Made by a program: the position numbers and the translations under genes. The notes beneath the pieces were generated by a model, which ran no database searches, was not told where the DNA came from, and saw nothing but the letters and a program-made list of their open reading frames with translations. Positions 62,517 through 64,000 of a stretch of 64,000 bases of DNA are shown in pieces. Numbering within the stretch: position 1 is the stretch's first letter; the number at the start of each line of letters is the position of its first letter. The DNA is from a bacterium (lineage in GTDB: Bacteria > UBA8248), in NCBI GenBank assembly GCA_965219955.1, contig OZ244799.1, positions 928,001 through 992,000 of the forward strand. Direction: 5' to 3'.

Positions 62517-63875
62517 TTAGAGAATATAGCGGCTCAAGTCAAGGTCTTCGACGATGTCGGTGAGGCGCTCGCGCACGTAGGCGGCGTCTATCCCCACGCT
62601 TTCGCCGGACATCTCGGGCGCCCGGAAGGAAATTTCCTCGAGAAGCCGCTCCATGATGGTGTGGAGCCTTCTGGCGCCGATGTTCTCGGTCTGCTCGTTG
62701 ATGCGGAAGGCGAAGTCGGCCACTTCCTTCACGGCGTCTTCCCCGAACGTGATGTTGACGCCCTCGGTCGCCAGAAGGGCGGGGTATTGGCGCACCAGCG
62801 CGTTCTCGGGCTCCTGGAGTATGCGGATGAAATCGTCGCGGTCCAGCGAGTCCAGTTCCACGCGGATGGGAAAGCGGCCCTGGAGTTCGGGCAGGAGGTC
62901 CGAGGGCTTGGCCATGTGGAACGCGCCCGCCGCGATGAAGAGGATGTGGTCCGTCTTCACCGGGCCGTACTTGGTCTGTACGGTGGAGCCTTCCACGATG
63001 GGGAGCAGGTCCCTCTGAACGCCTTCGCGCGAGACGTCCGGGCCTCCTCTCCCGTTGTTCTGGGCGGCGACCTTGTCGATCTCATCGAGAAACACGATGC
63101 CGGACTGCTCGGTGCGCTCGATGGCTTCGGCGTTCAGGCTGTCCGGGTCGATGAGCTTGTCCGCCTCTTCCTGCGCGAGATACTCGAAAGCTTCGGGCAC
63201 CTTCATGCGCCTGCTCTTGGGGGCCTGGGGCATGAAGTTTCCCATGATTTCCTTCATGTTGATGCCGATCTGCTCCATGTCGCTCCCGCCCATGAAGTGG
63301 ATTTCGGGGCCTTTGTCCGCCACCTCCATCTCCACTTCCCGGTCGTCGAGCTTTCCCTCGAGCAACAGGGCGCGGAACTTCTCCCTTGATCGCTGGTAGC
63401 TCTCATCGCCGAGCGGGTCCTTGGATTGGCCGCGTTCGTCCATCGCGCCGAACCCGGGAGGATGCGGCAAAAGCATGTCGAGGAGCCGCTCTTCGGCCAG
63501 TTCCTGGGCTTTGGCTTTGTTGACCTCGCGCTGCTCATCCTGGACGATGTTGCGCGCCAGTTCGACGAGGTCGCGAATCATGCTCTCCACGTCGCGGCCC
63601 ACGTAGCCCACCTCGGTGAATTTGCTGGCCTCGACCTTGATGAAGGGGCTTTTCGCGAGCTTGGCCAGGCGTCTTGCGATCTCGGTTTTCCCGACGCCGG
63701 TGGGGCCTATCATGATGATGTTCTTGGGCGCCACGTCCTCAGCCATCTCGGGCGGGAGTTGCTGTCTGCGCCAGCGGTTTCTGAGCGCGACCGCCACCGC
63801 CCGCTTGGCGTCTCCCTGGCCGATGACGTAGCGGTCGAGTTCCTCGACGATTCGTGCAGGCGTTAAATTTTCCAT
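62517..63875 (-). CDS. hslU: ATP-dependent protease ATPase subunit HslU
   Basis: [29 protein letters not shown]-terminal DLSRYIL; ATG overlaps the hslV stop. Confidence 0.98.
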   Translation of the reverse strand: MENLTPARIVEELDRYVIGQGDAKRAVAVALRNRWRRQQLPPEMAEDVAPKNIIMIGPTGVGKTEIARRLAKLAKSPFIKVEASKFTEVGYVGRDVESMIRDLVELARNIVQDEQREVNKAKAQELAEERLLDMLLPHPPGFGAMDERGQSKDPLGDESYQRSREKFRALLLEGKLDDREVEMEVADKGPEIHFMGGSDMEQIGINMKEIMGNFMPQAPKSRRMKVPEAFEYLAQEEADKLIDPDSLNAEAIERTEQSGIVFLDEIDKVAAQNNGRGGPDVSREGVQRDLLPIVEGSTVQTKYGPVKTDHILFIAAGAFHMAKPSDLLPELQGRFPIRVELDSLDRDDFIRILQEPENALVRQYPALLATEGVNITFGEDAVKEVADFAFRINEQTENIGARRLHTIMERLLEEISFRAPEMSGESVGIDAAYVRERLTDIVEDLDLSRYIL

Positions 63876-64000
63876 CAAAGGGTTTCCACGGATATGTTGT
63901 TGTTGGTGTAGACGCAGATGTCGGCTGCGATTTCCAGAGATTTTCTTACGATATCATCGGCGCCGAGGTCGGGTTCCAGGCTCAGGATTCCGCGCGCGGC
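63875..64000 (-). CDS. hslV: ATP-dependent protease subunit HslV (3' end only, truncated by window)
   Basis: Minus-strand translation [41 protein letters not shown]. Confidence 0.92.
   Translation of the reverse strand, partial: AARGILSLEPDLGADDIVRKSLEIAADICVYTNNNISVETL

Overview
High-GC bacterial chromosomal window. The gene order and the sodium-related transport genes suggest a marine delta-proteobacteria-like or Nitrospinae/Tectomicrobia-like organism; this is inference only. Positions 1-20 kb are accessory-rich. They hold a PAS/LuxR regulator with a lux-box-like site upstream of a TbpB-like surface lipoprotein that carries an inserted zinc-metalloprotease domain, a second TbpB-like lipoprotein, tandem paralogous CBS-domain cation/proton antiporters, an MbcA/RES toxin-antitoxin pair, tsaD-dusB-SDR, and adjacent IS1380 and IS1182 elements that share one CTAA target. 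Positions 20-64 kb are mostly housekeeping: LpoA-like lipoprotein, pilM-aroB, aroQ-M24-efp, livKHMGF, uppP/manC/PMM, ispE-prs-rplY-pth-hppA, rpsF-ssb-rpsR-rplI-dnaB-alr, tgt-yajC-secDF, argBDFG and hslVU. The most unusual signal is non-coding. Intergenic spaces between 5 and 34 kb are filled with nested, modular MITE-like elements bounded by GGGGTTGTTGAAAAA...TTTTTCAACAACCCC ends. These carry different pairs of REP-like palindromes as cargo. One copy has perfect 17-bp ends and a 4-bp duplication, and sits exactly in the loop of a terminator hairpin. No tRNA, rRNA or CRISPR array was seen.
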